Positions 29,234-39,072 of a stretch of 64,000 bases of DNA are shown piece after piece (the stretch's first letter is position 1; every line of letters begins with the position of its first letter). A program made the position numbers and the translations under genes. The stretch lies in the NCBI GenBank assembly GCA_963850305.1, contig CAWKKR010000008.1, positions 1,056,001-1,120,000 on the forward strand, in the 5' to 3' direction. This DNA comes from an uncultured delta proteobacterium (GTDB lineage Bacteria; Myxococcota_A; Polyangia; Polyangiales; Polyangiaceae). The notes under the pieces are model-generated. The model saw nothing but the letters and a program-made list of their open reading frames with translations, was not told where the DNA came from and did no database searches.

Positions 29234-29599
29234 CTACGGGGCGTCGGGTGGCTCCGTCCAACCCGAGTCGGGGCCGGCGTCATGCGGGCGTATGTCGCGA
29301 GCAGCGTCGGTGCCTGCGTCCGAGCTCACCGTCAAAACTCCGCCACCGCCGGTACCCGTAGCGCCACCGAGATCGGCCGAGCTTCCGCCCGGACCCTCGG
29401 AACCCGTGAATCCGCCTGAGCCGTAGTTCATGGCGCTCCCGCCACTCCCCGACGTGACGAGTTCGCTGCCGCCCTCACCAGACCCGTTGAGTCCCGAAGC
29501 TGGGCTGGCATTCTCGGGTTGCGGATTCAGATCACACGCCGAGACGACTGCTGCTCCGACAACGAGGAGCGTCGCCCACGCACGAATTCTCCGAGCCAT
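29234..29599 (-). CDS. Small Gly/Ser-rich lipoprotein
   Basis: Lipobox VVSAC followed by DLNPQP and a low-complexity tail. Confidence 0.7.
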   Translation of the reverse strand: MARRIRAWATLLVVGAAVVSACDLNPQPENASPASGLNGSGEGGSELVTSGSGGSAMNYGSGGFTGSEGPGGSSADLGGATGTGGGGVLTVSSDAGTDAARDIRPHDAGPDSGWTEPPDAP

Positions 29600-29614
29600 C
29601 CCATTCGGGGGAGT

Positions 29615-29630
29615 AGCACAAGTTGGGCCA
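29615..29630 (-). promoter_or_regulatory. Putative sigma54 -24/-12 promoter
   Basis: TGGCCC-AACTT-GTGCT on the minus strand, 15 nt upstream of ATG 29599. Confidence 0.5.
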
Positions 29631-29744
29631 CTTAAACTTCAGGACGAATTAGCACTCGCTTTTACCGTGCGCGCCCATGGTTGGCACAGGTTGGCACAGC
29701 TCCATGACGTGCACTGCAGCCCGCTTCGTCTAGCCGTGGGGTCT

Positions 29745-30584
29745 TCAGGAGCCTTCCCGCCACCGTAGGCCGCGCGCTCTCTCCAGCAAGCGGAGCGCGG
29801 GCCCGAGATCTGGGGGCTGCTTTCTGAGAGAGCGCGCCATGACGTCGAGTTCCGTCACCAACGCGTCCAGGACGACGCTTACTTCGTCAGCGTTGGTCGC
29901 GAGGATGTCTCGCCACATCGCTTCGCCGCCGCCAGCCACGCGCGTCGCGCTGTGAAATCCGGGGCCCGCCGCGACGAGGGCGTCACGGCTCTCCGCGAGC
30001 ACGGCGAGCACGCTCGCGAGCAACTGAGGCACGTGACTCGTCAGCGCAACGGCGCGATCGTGCTCGTCAGCGGTGAGGCGAAGAGGAACCGCGCCGACGC
30101 CCGTTACCAAGTGTTCGACCCGCGCGACGGCCGACGCCTCGCTCTGTTCGGGACAGAGCAGCCAGGGTCGACCTTCGAACAGATCCGCGCGCGCCCGCTG
30201 GATGCCGCCCTGGGGAAGGCCGGCCATCGGATGACCGGGGACGAACCGGTGACAGCGACTGGACCGCGCGGCGCTGGCGAGAATGGCGCGCTTCGTCGAA
30301 CCGCAATCCGTGACGGCCTCCGAGACGTCGAGTACCTCGCCGATGTTGGCTTCGATGGCGCCGACCGGGGTCGCGACGACCACCAAATCCGCACCAGCCA
30401 ACACTTCTCTCACTCGAGCATCCTCCGCCACGTCGATGAGATCGTCCGCCGCGCCTCTCGCTTCCGGCAGCGCCAGAACGTCCGCGCGGTCGACGGCCAC
30501 GACGCGCTCGGCAACGCGCCGCATCCGCGCGGCGAGCGCAATGGACCCGCCGATGAGCCCGAAGCCGACGATCGCGAGGCGCAC
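29745..30584 (-). CDS. tyrA: Prephenate/arogenate dehydrogenase
   Basis: IVGFGLIGGS, TDCGSTK, FVPGHPMAG, HDRAVALTSHVPQ, AGPGFHSATRVAG. Confidence 0.92.
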   Translation of the reverse strand: MRLAIVGFGLIGGSIALAARMRRVAERVVAVDRADVLALPEARGAADDLIDVAEDARVREVLAGADLVVVATPVGAIEANIGEVLDVSEAVTDCGSTKRAILASAARSSRCHRFVPGHPMAGLPQGGIQRARADLFEGRPWLLCPEQSEASAVARVEHLVTGVGAVPLRLTADEHDRAVALTSHVPQLLASVLAVLAESRDALVAAGPGFHSATRVAGGGEAMWRDILATNADEVSVVLDALVTELDVMARSLRKQPPDLGPALRLLERARGLRWREGS

Positions 30585-30605
30585 GACTCCCCGATGTTGC
30601 CACCC

Positions 30606-31472
30606 TTACGACCGGAGGGCTTCCCCGATCGCGCGAAGGCGGTTCGCAATGTCCACTGCCGCGGACCACGAGAGTGTCGCCGGGACCCTGGGCCTGACGT
30701 CGGCCGACCCGACCCATACTCGCAAAATCACGCCGTTCGCACCCGCGGCGATTGCGGCCGCAGCGATGGCACCGCAGTGATCTCGATGTCCGGAGACGAC
30801 GGGGACGTCCACGACCAATGGGAGATGGGTCGCGGTCCGAACCCTGGGGAAACTCGTGATCTCGAGGGTGCGCGTGCCGTCCGGGTAGGCCCCGCCAGCC
30901 TCGAGCAATACGACGCCCTCGGCTCCCCGAACGAGCTCGCGCTCGGCAGCTTCGAGCCAGGCACACGATGTTGCGCTCGGCTCCCGCGTCACGAACGAGA
31001 TGGGCCATTTCGCGCCCATCGGCTGAGGGTGAATCGACAGACATGCGAGCGCGCCTACACTGTCGGAACACTCGGCAGAGCGGCTGACGGCGGCGTCGAA
31101 GGGTCGACCCGCGGCGACGTCGTACGGCAACGACGGCGGCGACGCATCCGACGGCCGCTCGGCTCCGACGGTCTCCACCCCAATCCAAGGCCGCTCGCCG
31201 CCGATGGCCCCCCATTCACCCTCGACGATCGACGGCCGCTGCCGGAATCGCCGCGACGCCAGCCGATAGGGGTGGCTCACACGAACGACCTTGGCGACCG
31301 ATTCCATTTCAGCGACGACGGCGGCGTCGCTCGGTCCGACGCTACCCACCACCCCGAGGATGGTCCTGTTCTGCCCGCTCGACCGGTGAACGTCCGAGCC
31401 CGCCCCGGTCAAGTACGCGACGACGGCCTCGATGGCCCCGTCGGACGCTTCCACCTCCATCACTACGATCAT
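30606..31472 (-). CDS. DAHP synthase (type I-beta) homolog with N-terminal regulatory ferredoxin-like domain; catalytic motifs degenerate
   Basis: MIVVM...VHRSSGQNRTILGVVG...VVRVSHPYRLASRRF and THLPLVVD...AAIAAGANG resemble AroF, but AGPCS, KPRTS, GARN, DPSH and EVH are absent. Confidence 0.8.
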   Translation of the reverse strand: MIVVMEVEASDGAIEAVVAYLTGAGSDVHRSSGQNRTILGVVGSVGPSDAAVVAEMESVAKVVRVSHPYRLASRRFRQRPSIVEGEWGAIGGERPWIGVETVGAERPSDASPPSLPYDVAAGRPFDAAVSRSAECSDSVGALACLSIHPQPMGAKWPISFVTREPSATSCAWLEAAERELVRGAEGVVLLEAGGAYPDGTRTLEITSFPRVRTATHLPLVVDVPVVSGHRDHCGAIAAAAIAAGANGVILRVWVGSADVRPRVPATLSWSAAVDIANRLRAIGEALRS

Positions 31473-31559
31473 GGCCTTGCCGGAGCTTATCAAATCCGGT
31501 GCCTCTGGCGGCAGGCGTTAACGAGCGGTACGTTCATGGGCCTAGAACTGCCCGCGCCC

Positions 31560-33215
31560 ATGTCGAACCAGAACGTCGATCCCCACATCGGCAGCCTCGT
31601 GGCAGGCCGGTACCGAATCATCAAGCCCCTCGGCGAGGGCGGAATGGGTCAGGTCTATCTAGCCGAACACGAGGCGATCGAAAAAAAGGTCGCGCTCAAG
31701 GTGCTTCGGCCCGAGTACAGCCGCAAAGAAGACATCATCACCCGCTTTCAGCAGGAAGCGATCAGCGCGTCGCGTATCAAACATCCGAACGTCCTCGACG
31801 TGTTCGACTTCGGGAGGCTCGACACAGGCGAAGCATTTCTGGCAATGGAATTTTTGGAGGGGCACGATCTCGCGGACGAGGTCGCCAAGGTGGGGACCCT
31901 CCACCCGAGTCGTGCGCTGCCGATAGCGCTGCAAATTTGCCGCGCGCTCGCCGCAGCCCACGCGCGCGGCGTCGTCCATCGCGACATGAAGCCGGACAAC
32001 GTCTTCTTGCAGCGTACCGGCGACGACGAGATCGTCAAGATCGTCGATTTTGGCATCGCCCAGCTCCGCACGACCGACGAAGCTGCGAAGTCCCAGCCCA
32101 CCCGACGTCGATTGACGAAGACCGGGATGATCTTCGGAACCCCCGAGTACATGGCGCCCGAGCAAGCCGGCGGGAGACATGCGGATCTACGCGTCGATGT
32201 GTATGCGGTTGGGGTAATTCTCTACGAGATGTTCACCGGATCGGTACCGTTCACCGGGGACTCGTTCATGGCCGTACTGACGGCGACCGTGAGCCAACCG
32301 CCCCCCGCGATGAGGACGATGAACCCCGAGCTCGCGATCAGTCCCGAGCTCGAACTCGTCGTGATGCGGACGCTCGAAAAGAATCCCGGAGATCGTTTCG
32401 CAACGATGAACGATCTGGCAAACGCGCTGGTCTCGACTCCCGAGGGAGCGCCCTTCGCCCGGCCCGGCCTCGGTTTGCTCGGTGAATCGCGAGTGAGCAC
32501 GTTTCCGCAGGCGGGCATCCCGACCGCGGCACAATTCGGGCAGAACTCCGATACGTCGCTTACTGCGGTCACTCCGCCGACGGCTCTTTCACCCGGCGGA
32601 GGCGGCACGGCGGCCATCGGCACTCCCGGGGGCGCGACGAGCGGCAAGACCACGCCTCTCAGCGGACAATCGTCAACGGTCGGACCGTCTACGTCACCGA
32701 GCGTCGGACTCATCGGCGGGTCGCTCGCCGCAGTCGTCGTCGCGCTCGGCGGAGGCGGCTATTTTCTCTTTGGCCGCGGCGCACACCCACCGGAGGCGGC
32801 GTCGCCAGTCTCCGTGATGGTCGCGGAACCGCCGCACCCCGCCGCGAGCGCTCCCGCCGTCGTCGCGAGCGTCTCGGCCGCGCCGGAGCCAGTCGTGGCC
32901 CTCGCGCCCCTGCCATCGAACGACGTCAAGCTGCACGTCGTCACCGAGCCCCCTGGAGCCATCGTATCGAAGGACGGATTCCAGGCGTGTACGTCGACGC
33001 CATGCGACGTTACCGTCGCGCGCAACGAGGGCGTCGACATCCAAGCCCACAAGGGCGGACTGCGCGGCACGGCGAAGATCTTGGCCCAAGCCGACCAGAC
33101 CGTGACCATTGTGCTTGCGGCTCCCGTGGCGTCGTCCCACAAGTCCAACTCCGGACCGCAAATGTGCGAAGTCGAGGTTGACGGTCTCAAGATCCTGCGA
33201 CCCTGTGCGAAGTGA
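31560..33215 (+). CDS. Ser/Thr protein kinase with TM and C-terminal PEGA-like domain
   Basis: LGEGGMGQVY, VALK, HRDMKPDN, DFG, GTPEYMAPEQ. Start may be 31536. Confidence 0.95.
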   Translation: MSNQNVDPHIGSLVAGRYRIIKPLGEGGMGQVYLAEHEAIEKKVALKVLRPEYSRKEDIITRFQQEAISASRIKHPNVLDVFDFGRLDTGEAFLAMEFLEGHDLADEVAKVGTLHPSRALPIALQICRALAAAHARGVVHRDMKPDNVFLQRTGDDEIVKIVDFGIAQLRTTDEAAKSQPTRRRLTKTGMIFGTPEYMAPEQAGGRHADLRVDVYAVGVILYEMFTGSVPFTGDSFMAVLTATVSQPPPAMRTMNPELAISPELELVVMRTLEKNPGDRFATMNDLANALVSTPEGAPFARPGLGLLGESRVSTFPQAGIPTAAQFGQNSDTSLTAVTPPTALSPGGGGTAAIGTPGGATSGKTTPLSGQSSTVGPSTSPSVGLIGGSLAAVVVALGGGGYFLFGRGAHPPEAASPVSVMVAEPPHPAASAPAVVASVSAAPEPVVALAPLPSNDVKLHVVTEPPGAIVSKDGFQACTSTPCDVTVARNEGVDIQAHKGGLRGTAKILAQADQTVTIVLAAPVASSHKSNSGPQMCEVEVDGLKILRPCAK

Positions 33216-33249
33216 CCTTCGGGATAGTCACTTGCCAGGCCGAACGCCC

Positions 33250-34458
33250 GTGACCTCGAGCCGAAGGTTTACCTTCCGCGGCAACCTGGGCGCGACTCGC
33301 CACGGATGGCTCCGGCTGACGCCCGCGTACTCCGTGCACTTCGTCCGTGAGCTGCTCTCGACCCTCGACGCGGCGCCGGGGCCCGTGCTCGATCCGTTTT
33401 GCGGCACCGGCACGACGCTGCTCGCGTGCGCAGAACGCGGGCTCGATTGCGCTACCGTGGATTTGAATCCGTTTCTCGTATGGCTCGCGCGCGCGAAGAC
33501 CGCAAGCTACAGAAACCAGGATATCGACGGCGCCCGTGTTGCGGTCGAGAACATGTACGTGGCCGCGGGCGTACGGTCTGCCGCGTCTTTCGTACCGGAG
33601 ATGCATCGGATCGACCGCTGGTGGGATGGCCCGGTGCTCGCTGCCCTCGGGCGGGCCGCGGGAACGGCCCGCGAGCTCGAGGCCTCTCTCTCGCCGAGAT
33701 CGCGTGATCTGGTTTCGCTCGCGCTTTGCCGGACCGTCATCGACGTTGCCAACGTCAGCTTCGGCCACCAATCGATGTCGTTCCGGAAGACCCAGGGCGG
33801 GGTGACGCGAGGCACTGAGCGCGTTCAGCGAGCGCTCCGGAGCGCCTTCGAAACGCTATCGGACGCCGCCGGTGACCCCCTGAAGAAAAGCCGTCGAAAG
33901 ATCCATCAGGGCGACTCGCGCGCCGTCCACGAAGTCGTCGAGGGAGCCCGCTTCGGCGCGGTCGTGACATCTCCGCCGTACTCGAATCGAATGAGCTACA
34001 TCCGCGAGCTCCGTCCGTACATGTACTGGCTCGGCTACCTGACGGATCGAACGGGCGCGGGCGACCTCGACTGGCGGGCCATCGGCGGCACGTGGGGTTC
34101 CGCGACGAGCCGGCTCGCCTCATGGCGCCCCGATCCGAAGGTGGAGATCCCCTTTCGCGACTTCGGAAAGATCGTGGAGCGCATCTCGGAACGTCAGCCC
34201 ATCCTCGGAGCGTACGTGCATCGCTACTTCGAGGACATGGTGTTGCACGCGCGCAGCGTGTCGCGAATCGTCGCTCCGGGCGCTCGCTTGCACTACGTAC
34301 TCGGCAACTCCAAATTCTACGATGTCCTCCTGCCAGCGGAAAAGATCTTTGCGGCGCTCTTTGACGCCGTCGGCTTTCGTGACGTCCGGATCGTCACGCT
34401 GCGCAAGCGCACGAGCAAGCCGGAGCTATACGAGTATCTCGTGCGAGCAACCGCGTGA
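33250..34458 (+). CDS. DNA amino-methyltransferase, probably N4-cytosine
   Basis: Motif I VLDPFCGTGTT near the N-terminus, motif IV VTSPPY later. Confidence 0.85.
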   Translation: MTSSRRFTFRGNLGATRHGWLRLTPAYSVHFVRELLSTLDAAPGPVLDPFCGTGTTLLACAERGLDCATVDLNPFLVWLARAKTASYRNQDIDGARVAVENMYVAAGVRSAASFVPEMHRIDRWWDGPVLAALGRAAGTARELEASLSPRSRDLVSLALCRTVIDVANVSFGHQSMSFRKTQGGVTRGTERVQRALRSAFETLSDAAGDPLKKSRRKIHQGDSRAVHEVVEGARFGAVVTSPPYSNRMSYIRELRPYMYWLGYLTDRTGAGDLDWRAIGGTWGSATSRLASWRPDPKVEIPFRDFGKIVERISERQPILGAYVHRYFEDMVLHARSVSRIVAPGARLHYVLGNSKFYDVLLPAEKIFAALFDAVGFRDVRIVTLRKRTSKPELYEYLVRATA

Positions 34459-34461
34459 CGA

Positions 34462-35283
34462 TCACGCCGCTGCGGTCAGCATGCCGAAGGCCGCAACACC
34501 GCGGGCGCGGAGCGCGAGACGCAAGTCGGTCTTGCCCCCACCCACGCCGAACGCGCGCAGGAGCGCCGTTGCCCATTCGTCCAGGGTCTTCGGGCCGCAC
34601 GCCGAGAAGTCGCTGCTCTCGCCGCGCAGGATGGCGCGCCAAGCGCCAGCGGCACCGAGAAACTCTTCGGACGGTACCGCTTCGCGCGTCACCCGCGCTA
34701 TGTCGAGCGACGCGCGCACGTCGGCGGCAAACGACGATGCATCGAGCGTACCGTGGCAGAGCAAGTCGGGAATGACAGCGGCGGCGCGAGTCGCTCCCGC
34801 GTCGAGCGCCACGCCGACCAGCGCCGAGACCAGAGTCGCGAACGGATCCTCTCGTGGGGCGCGCGACCGCTCCGCCTCGCAAGCGTCGAGCGCCGGCGAA
34901 GTCACGACTGTCATCGTCGGAACGGCCGACGCGACCTCGGGCGCTTCAGTAAGGCCCGGCGCCTCGAGAATCGCGGCCTGAACGGCGGCATCGTCCGCAA
35001 TCGGCGGAGTCAGTTCCAGATCGAGCTTCTCCAGGAGCAAGCCGAGCACGCTCTCCGGAAGCCGTTCTGATTCTGCGGACTCCATCACGGTTGGGACGGC
35101 TGCTGCTACGGCGGGCGCGTCCGCAACCACTTGCATTTCGCAGACGCGCTCCGCGGCTCGCGGACGGGCCACGGGACGGGGCGGGCCCGAGACACGCAAA
35201 CAGACCCACGACACGCCCGCATGCAGCGCGGGATTGTCGTTCGGAAACTCGGCGGCAAACGCGGGCTCGAACGCCAGACTCAT
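34462..35283 (-). CDS. Hypothetical protein
   Basis: MSLAFEPAFAAEFPNDNPALHAG...AWRAILRGESSDFSACG; -10-like TACGCT 6 nt before the ATG. Confidence 0.75.
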   Translation of the reverse strand: MSLAFEPAFAAEFPNDNPALHAGVSWVCLRVSGPPRPVARPRAAERVCEMQVVADAPAVAAAVPTVMESAESERLPESVLGLLLEKLDLELTPPIADDAAVQAAILEAPGLTEAPEVASAVPTMTVVTSPALDACEAERSRAPREDPFATLVSALVGVALDAGATRAAAVIPDLLCHGTLDASSFAADVRASLDIARVTREAVPSEEFLGAAGAWRAILRGESSDFSACGPKTLDEWATALLRAFGVGGGKTDLRLALRARGVAAFGMLTAAA

Positions 35284-35367
35284 GTCGCAAGCGTAAGGAC
35301 CCAGCCGAAATTCGGCCAAGAAAGCGTCCATGTCGCCCGAACGCCGCGCGTGAAGTAGAAGCGGGCC

Positions 35368-36666
35368 ATGCTGGACGCTCGTTACGTCGCCGATCACTTG
35401 AACGAGGTGCGCGCGGCGCTCGCTCGTCGTTCCGCGGATGCGGTGACGGGGCTAGGTGCCATCGCGGAGCTCTCGGATCGCCGACGGTCGGCGATCGTTC
35501 GAGTCGAGGCCAAACTCGCCGAACGCAATGCGGCAAACCAGGACATGGCGCGACTGGCAAAAACGGATCGAGCCGCGTTCGAAACACGCCGAGAGGACCT
35601 GAAAGCGATTGGCGCGAGCGTTGCGGTGCTCGAGTCGGAGCTCTCGGATATCGAGACGCAGATGGAGAGCCTGCTGCTCTCGGTTCCGAACGTGCCGCAT
35701 CCGACGGTTCCGGATGGGCAGAGCGAGGAACACAACCGCCTCGTTCGCACATCGGGGACCAAACCCGTATTCGACTTCGAGCCGAAATCGCACTGGGACC
35801 TCGGCGAGCGCCTCGGCATCCTGGACTTCCAGCGCGCGAGCAAGCTCTCGGGCGCAAGATTCTCGGTGCTCTTTGGCGCGGGCGCGCGCCTGTCGCGCGC
35901 CCTCACCACATTCATGCTCGACGTCCACACCCGAGAGCACGGCTACGTCGAAGTCGCGCCACCCTATCTCGTCCGAGCGAGCGCGCTCGTGGGCACGGGG
36001 CAGCTTCCGAAGTTCGAGGCGGACCTGTTCAAGACCAGCCGCGGCGACCCCGATGACCCGGGTGCGCTCTATCTCATCCCGACTGCCGAAGTGCCCGTGA
36101 CCAATCTCCACGCCGACGAGATCATCGAGACCCCGCTCCCGGTCGCTTACGCCGCCTACACGCCCTGCTTCCGGAGCGAAGCCGGCTCCCACGGCCGTGA
36201 CGTGCGCGGACTCATCCGTCAGCACCAATTCGACAAGGTCGAGATCGTCCGCTTCGTGGATCCAGCGAAGGGCGAATCGGAGCTCGAGCTTCTGACGATG
36301 CACGCCGGTTCGGTGATGGACAAGCTCGGGCTGCATTATCGCGTGGTCGAGCTGTGCTCGGGGGATCTCGGCTTTGGCTCGCAGAAGACGTACGATCTCG
36401 AGGTGTGGTTGCCAGGACAGGACGCGTACCGGGAGATTTCGAGCTGTTCTTGGTTTGGGGATTACCAGGCACGCCGTGCAAAGATCCGGTACCGGCCTGG
36501 TCCCAAGGCAAAGCCGAAGCTCGTTCACACGCTGAACGGATCCGGGCTCGCCGTCGGCCGCACACTCGTCGCGGTCCTCGAACAGTTTCAGCAGAAGGAC
36601 GGCAGCGTCGTCGTTCCCGAGGCGCTGCGTCCCTTCGTCGGAACGGACCGCATCACCGTGAAGTGA
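35368..36666 (+). CDS. serS: Serine--tRNA ligase
   Basis: [56 protein letters not shown]. Confidence 0.98.
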   Translation: MLDARYVADHLNEVRAALARRSADAVTGLGAIAELSDRRRSAIVRVEAKLAERNAANQDMARLAKTDRAAFETRREDLKAIGASVAVLESELSDIETQMESLLLSVPNVPHPTVPDGQSEEHNRLVRTSGTKPVFDFEPKSHWDLGERLGILDFQRASKLSGARFSVLFGAGARLSRALTTFMLDVHTREHGYVEVAPPYLVRASALVGTGQLPKFEADLFKTSRGDPDDPGALYLIPTAEVPVTNLHADEIIETPLPVAYAAYTPCFRSEAGSHGRDVRGLIRQHQFDKVEIVRFVDPAKGESELELLTMHAGSVMDKLGLHYRVVELCSGDLGFGSQKTYDLEVWLPGQDAYREISSCSWFGDYQARRAKIRYRPGPKAKPKLVHTLNGSGLAVGRTLVAVLEQFQQKDGSVVVPEALRPFVGTDRITVK

Positions 36667-36810
36667 CGCTGCGGCCGCCGGGCGCCATTACGCGGCGTGA
36701 GTTTCAACGCGTGCACGAGAGACGTCTGGTGATCCGCTTCTTCTTCGCGAAAGGGTGTCTTCCTCCGCGTTGCCGAACGAGCGAGGCGCACGACGCACGC
36801 GGTCCCACCA

Positions 36811-38982
36811 TCAGCGCCGACGCGAGCGCCGGCTCCTCGCGGCGCGTCCACGTTCGGGTTCCTCGCGAGCGGACTGAGCAGATTTTCGATCACCGCCCTG
36901 AGATTTTCGGCGAGCCCCAGCCCCGCTCCGTCGGTCGGGCCCAGAGGGCGGATGCCGGTCGAGCGCCGCCAATGCCTTGCTCGGGACCACCCGCCTGGCA
37001 AACACTGCGCGTCTTTGAAGTGCGACGTCTTCGATCGTCACGGTGAGACGATCCCCGAGCCCTACGCTGTCCCGAGACCGGCGTCCGACGACGGACAGTT
37101 CATCGTCGTCGATCTCGTACTGGTCGGGTCCGAGCGATTCGTACCGCACGAGTACGTCGACGAAAGGGTCGTCGAGTGCCACGTAAAGCCCGCCGCCCGT
37201 TATCGCCGTGACGGTTCCTTCCATCACGTCACCGATGTGATGGCGCATGTAGAGTGCGCGATAGAGATCGAGGACTTCGCGTTCCACCTCCATTGCTGCG
37301 CGCTCGCGCGTGCTCGCCTCCAGCGCGCTTGCAGCCAGTGCGGCGAGCGCCTCGGAGCGCATATCGGGTCTGCCTCCGCGCAACAGTCGCTTCACCGCTC
37401 GGTGAACCTGAACGTCGGGATACCTCCGGATCGGCGAAGTGAAGTGCACGTACGCCTCGGACGCGAGACCGAAGTGGCCCACGTTGTTCACGTCGTAAAC
37501 GGCTTGCTTCAGCGACCGGAGAAGAAGCGTCTCGAGCACATTCTTCCTCGGATGCCCCGCGATCTTTCCGAGCCAGCGTCCAACGCCGTCCGGCTTTTGC
37601 ATCTCCTCGAGCTCGAACGGCGCGCCGAGCCGCTCGCAGATATTTCCGAGTCGTTCGAGCTTTTTCAGATCCGGCTTCGCGTGAATGCGATAGACGGTGG
37701 GGGAGTGCCGCTGGCCGAGCCAGGCGGCCACGAGCTCGTTCGCGAGGATCATCAACTCCTCGATCATCTGGTATGCACGCTTGACGCCGGGGTCCCCCGC
37801 CCGACGCTTCACCCCGACGGGCTGACCCGTCTTCTCGTCGAGGAGAACCTTGGGCTCGGGCAAATCGAAGTCGAGCGCTCCCCGGCGAATGCGCCGCTTT
37901 CGCAGCTTCCGCGCGACATCGTCGAGCACCTTCAGATCGCGCCGGAACGTCTCTGCCTGGGCGCTCTTCGGCGGGAGCTCCGTGAAGCCCAGCGTTCGCG
38001 CGACGCTACCGTAAGTCAGCATTGCGGCGCCGCGCATGCACGCCTCCGACACGTGGAAGTGCGTCACGACGCCCTCCGCGTCGAGGTCGGCGACGACGGC
38101 CATGCACAGACGCTCCCGCTCCGGAAGCAGTGAACACTTGTCCGCCGCAAGCGCAGACGGCAGCATCGGCAGCGCGCGATCCGGCAGATATATCGTGCAG
38201 CCGCGAGCGAGCGCCTCGTCGTCGAGGGCCGTCCCTGGTTGCACGTATTCCGCAACATCGGCTATCGCGACCCAGACCCGGTAACCGTCGCCGTTCTTCT
38301 GCGCGAACACCGCGTCATCGTGATCGCGAGCGTCTTCGGGATCGATGGTGAGCAACGGTACTTCGCGAAGATCCTCCCGCCCCGCCGTCTCGACGTGCGC
38401 CAGCCGGGAGGCCGTCGCTTCGGCTTCGCGCAGCGCGCCCTCCGAGTGTCGTTCGTTGATCTCTTCGCGAATCAAGATTTTCGCCACCTCGACCTTCGGA
38501 TCCCCCGGTTCGCCGAGGACCACGACGATTGCGCCCTCGGGATTCTCCGACGGCGTTTCGGGAAATCGAGTGATCGCAGCGACCGCAGCGTCGCCGTCGC
38601 GAGCATCCTTCGGTACCGACGAGAGTACGATCGGGCCGCGAATGCGAGAGTCGTCGGGTTCGAGCCAGGCGCTCTGCCTTCTCTTCCGGAGCACGCCAGC
38701 CACGCGCGCGCGACGGCGAGCAACGATCTCCACGATCCGCCCCTCCGCGCCGCGCGAAGATCTCGCAACGACGACGACCTTCACCTTGTCCCCGTGCAGC
38801 GCGCCGAGGAGCCCCTCCGCTGCCACGTAAACGTCGTCATTCCCGACCGAAGACACGAAGCCGAACCCCCGTGGGTGCACGCTCAGCACCCCCTCCCAGC
38901 CGGCGCCGGACCGCGGGCTCGTGGGGTTTCCGGGCAGCGGCCGCCGCGGCGACTTGCTCCGTGCCGAAATCTTCGATTTCAT
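36811..38982 (-). CDS. rnr: Ribonuclease R (RNB family)
   Basis: HPRGFGFV cold-shock domain, TIDPEDARDHDDA, IEELMILANE, HFTSPIRRYPD, S1 domain, basic tail. Confidence 0.95.
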   Translation of the reverse strand: MKSKISARSKSPRRPLPGNPTSPRSGAGWEGVLSVHPRGFGFVSSVGNDDVYVAAEGLLGALHGDKVKVVVVARSSRGAEGRIVEIVARRRARVAGVLRKRRQSAWLEPDDSRIRGPIVLSSVPKDARDGDAAVAAITRFPETPSENPEGAIVVVLGEPGDPKVEVAKILIREEINERHSEGALREAEATASRLAHVETAGREDLREVPLLTIDPEDARDHDDAVFAQKNGDGYRVWVAIADVAEYVQPGTALDDEALARGCTIYLPDRALPMLPSALAADKCSLLPERERLCMAVVADLDAEGVVTHFHVSEACMRGAAMLTYGSVARTLGFTELPPKSAQAETFRRDLKVLDDVARKLRKRRIRRGALDFDLPEPKVLLDEKTGQPVGVKRRAGDPGVKRAYQMIEELMILANELVAAWLGQRHSPTVYRIHAKPDLKKLERLGNICERLGAPFELEEMQKPDGVGRWLGKIAGHPRKNVLETLLLRSLKQAVYDVNNVGHFGLASEAYVHFTSPIRRYPDVQVHRAVKRLLRGGRPDMRSEALAALAASALEASTRERAAMEVEREVLDLYRALYMRHHIGDVMEGTVTAITGGGLYVALDDPFVDVLVRYESLGPDQYEIDDDELSVVGRRSRDSVGLGDRLTVTIEDVALQRRAVFARRVVPSKALAALDRHPPSGPDRRSGAGARRKSQGGDRKSAQSAREEPERGRAARSRRSRRR

Positions 38983-39072
38983 GATGCGTCGCTCATAGCG
39001 CGCCCCCTCCGCGAACACTACCGCCGCTCTTCGCTGACGGGGGTCGAATCTCGCTGTAGAACGAAGACGACT

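Noticed and set aside
29952..31535. Apparent 530-aa N-terminal extension of the Ser/Thr kinase
   Set aside because: It is antisense to tyrA and the DAHP-like gene; the kinase starts at about 31536-31560.
36667..36810. tRNA-Ser after serS
   Set aside because: No T-loop GTTCRA or cloverleaf recognisable.
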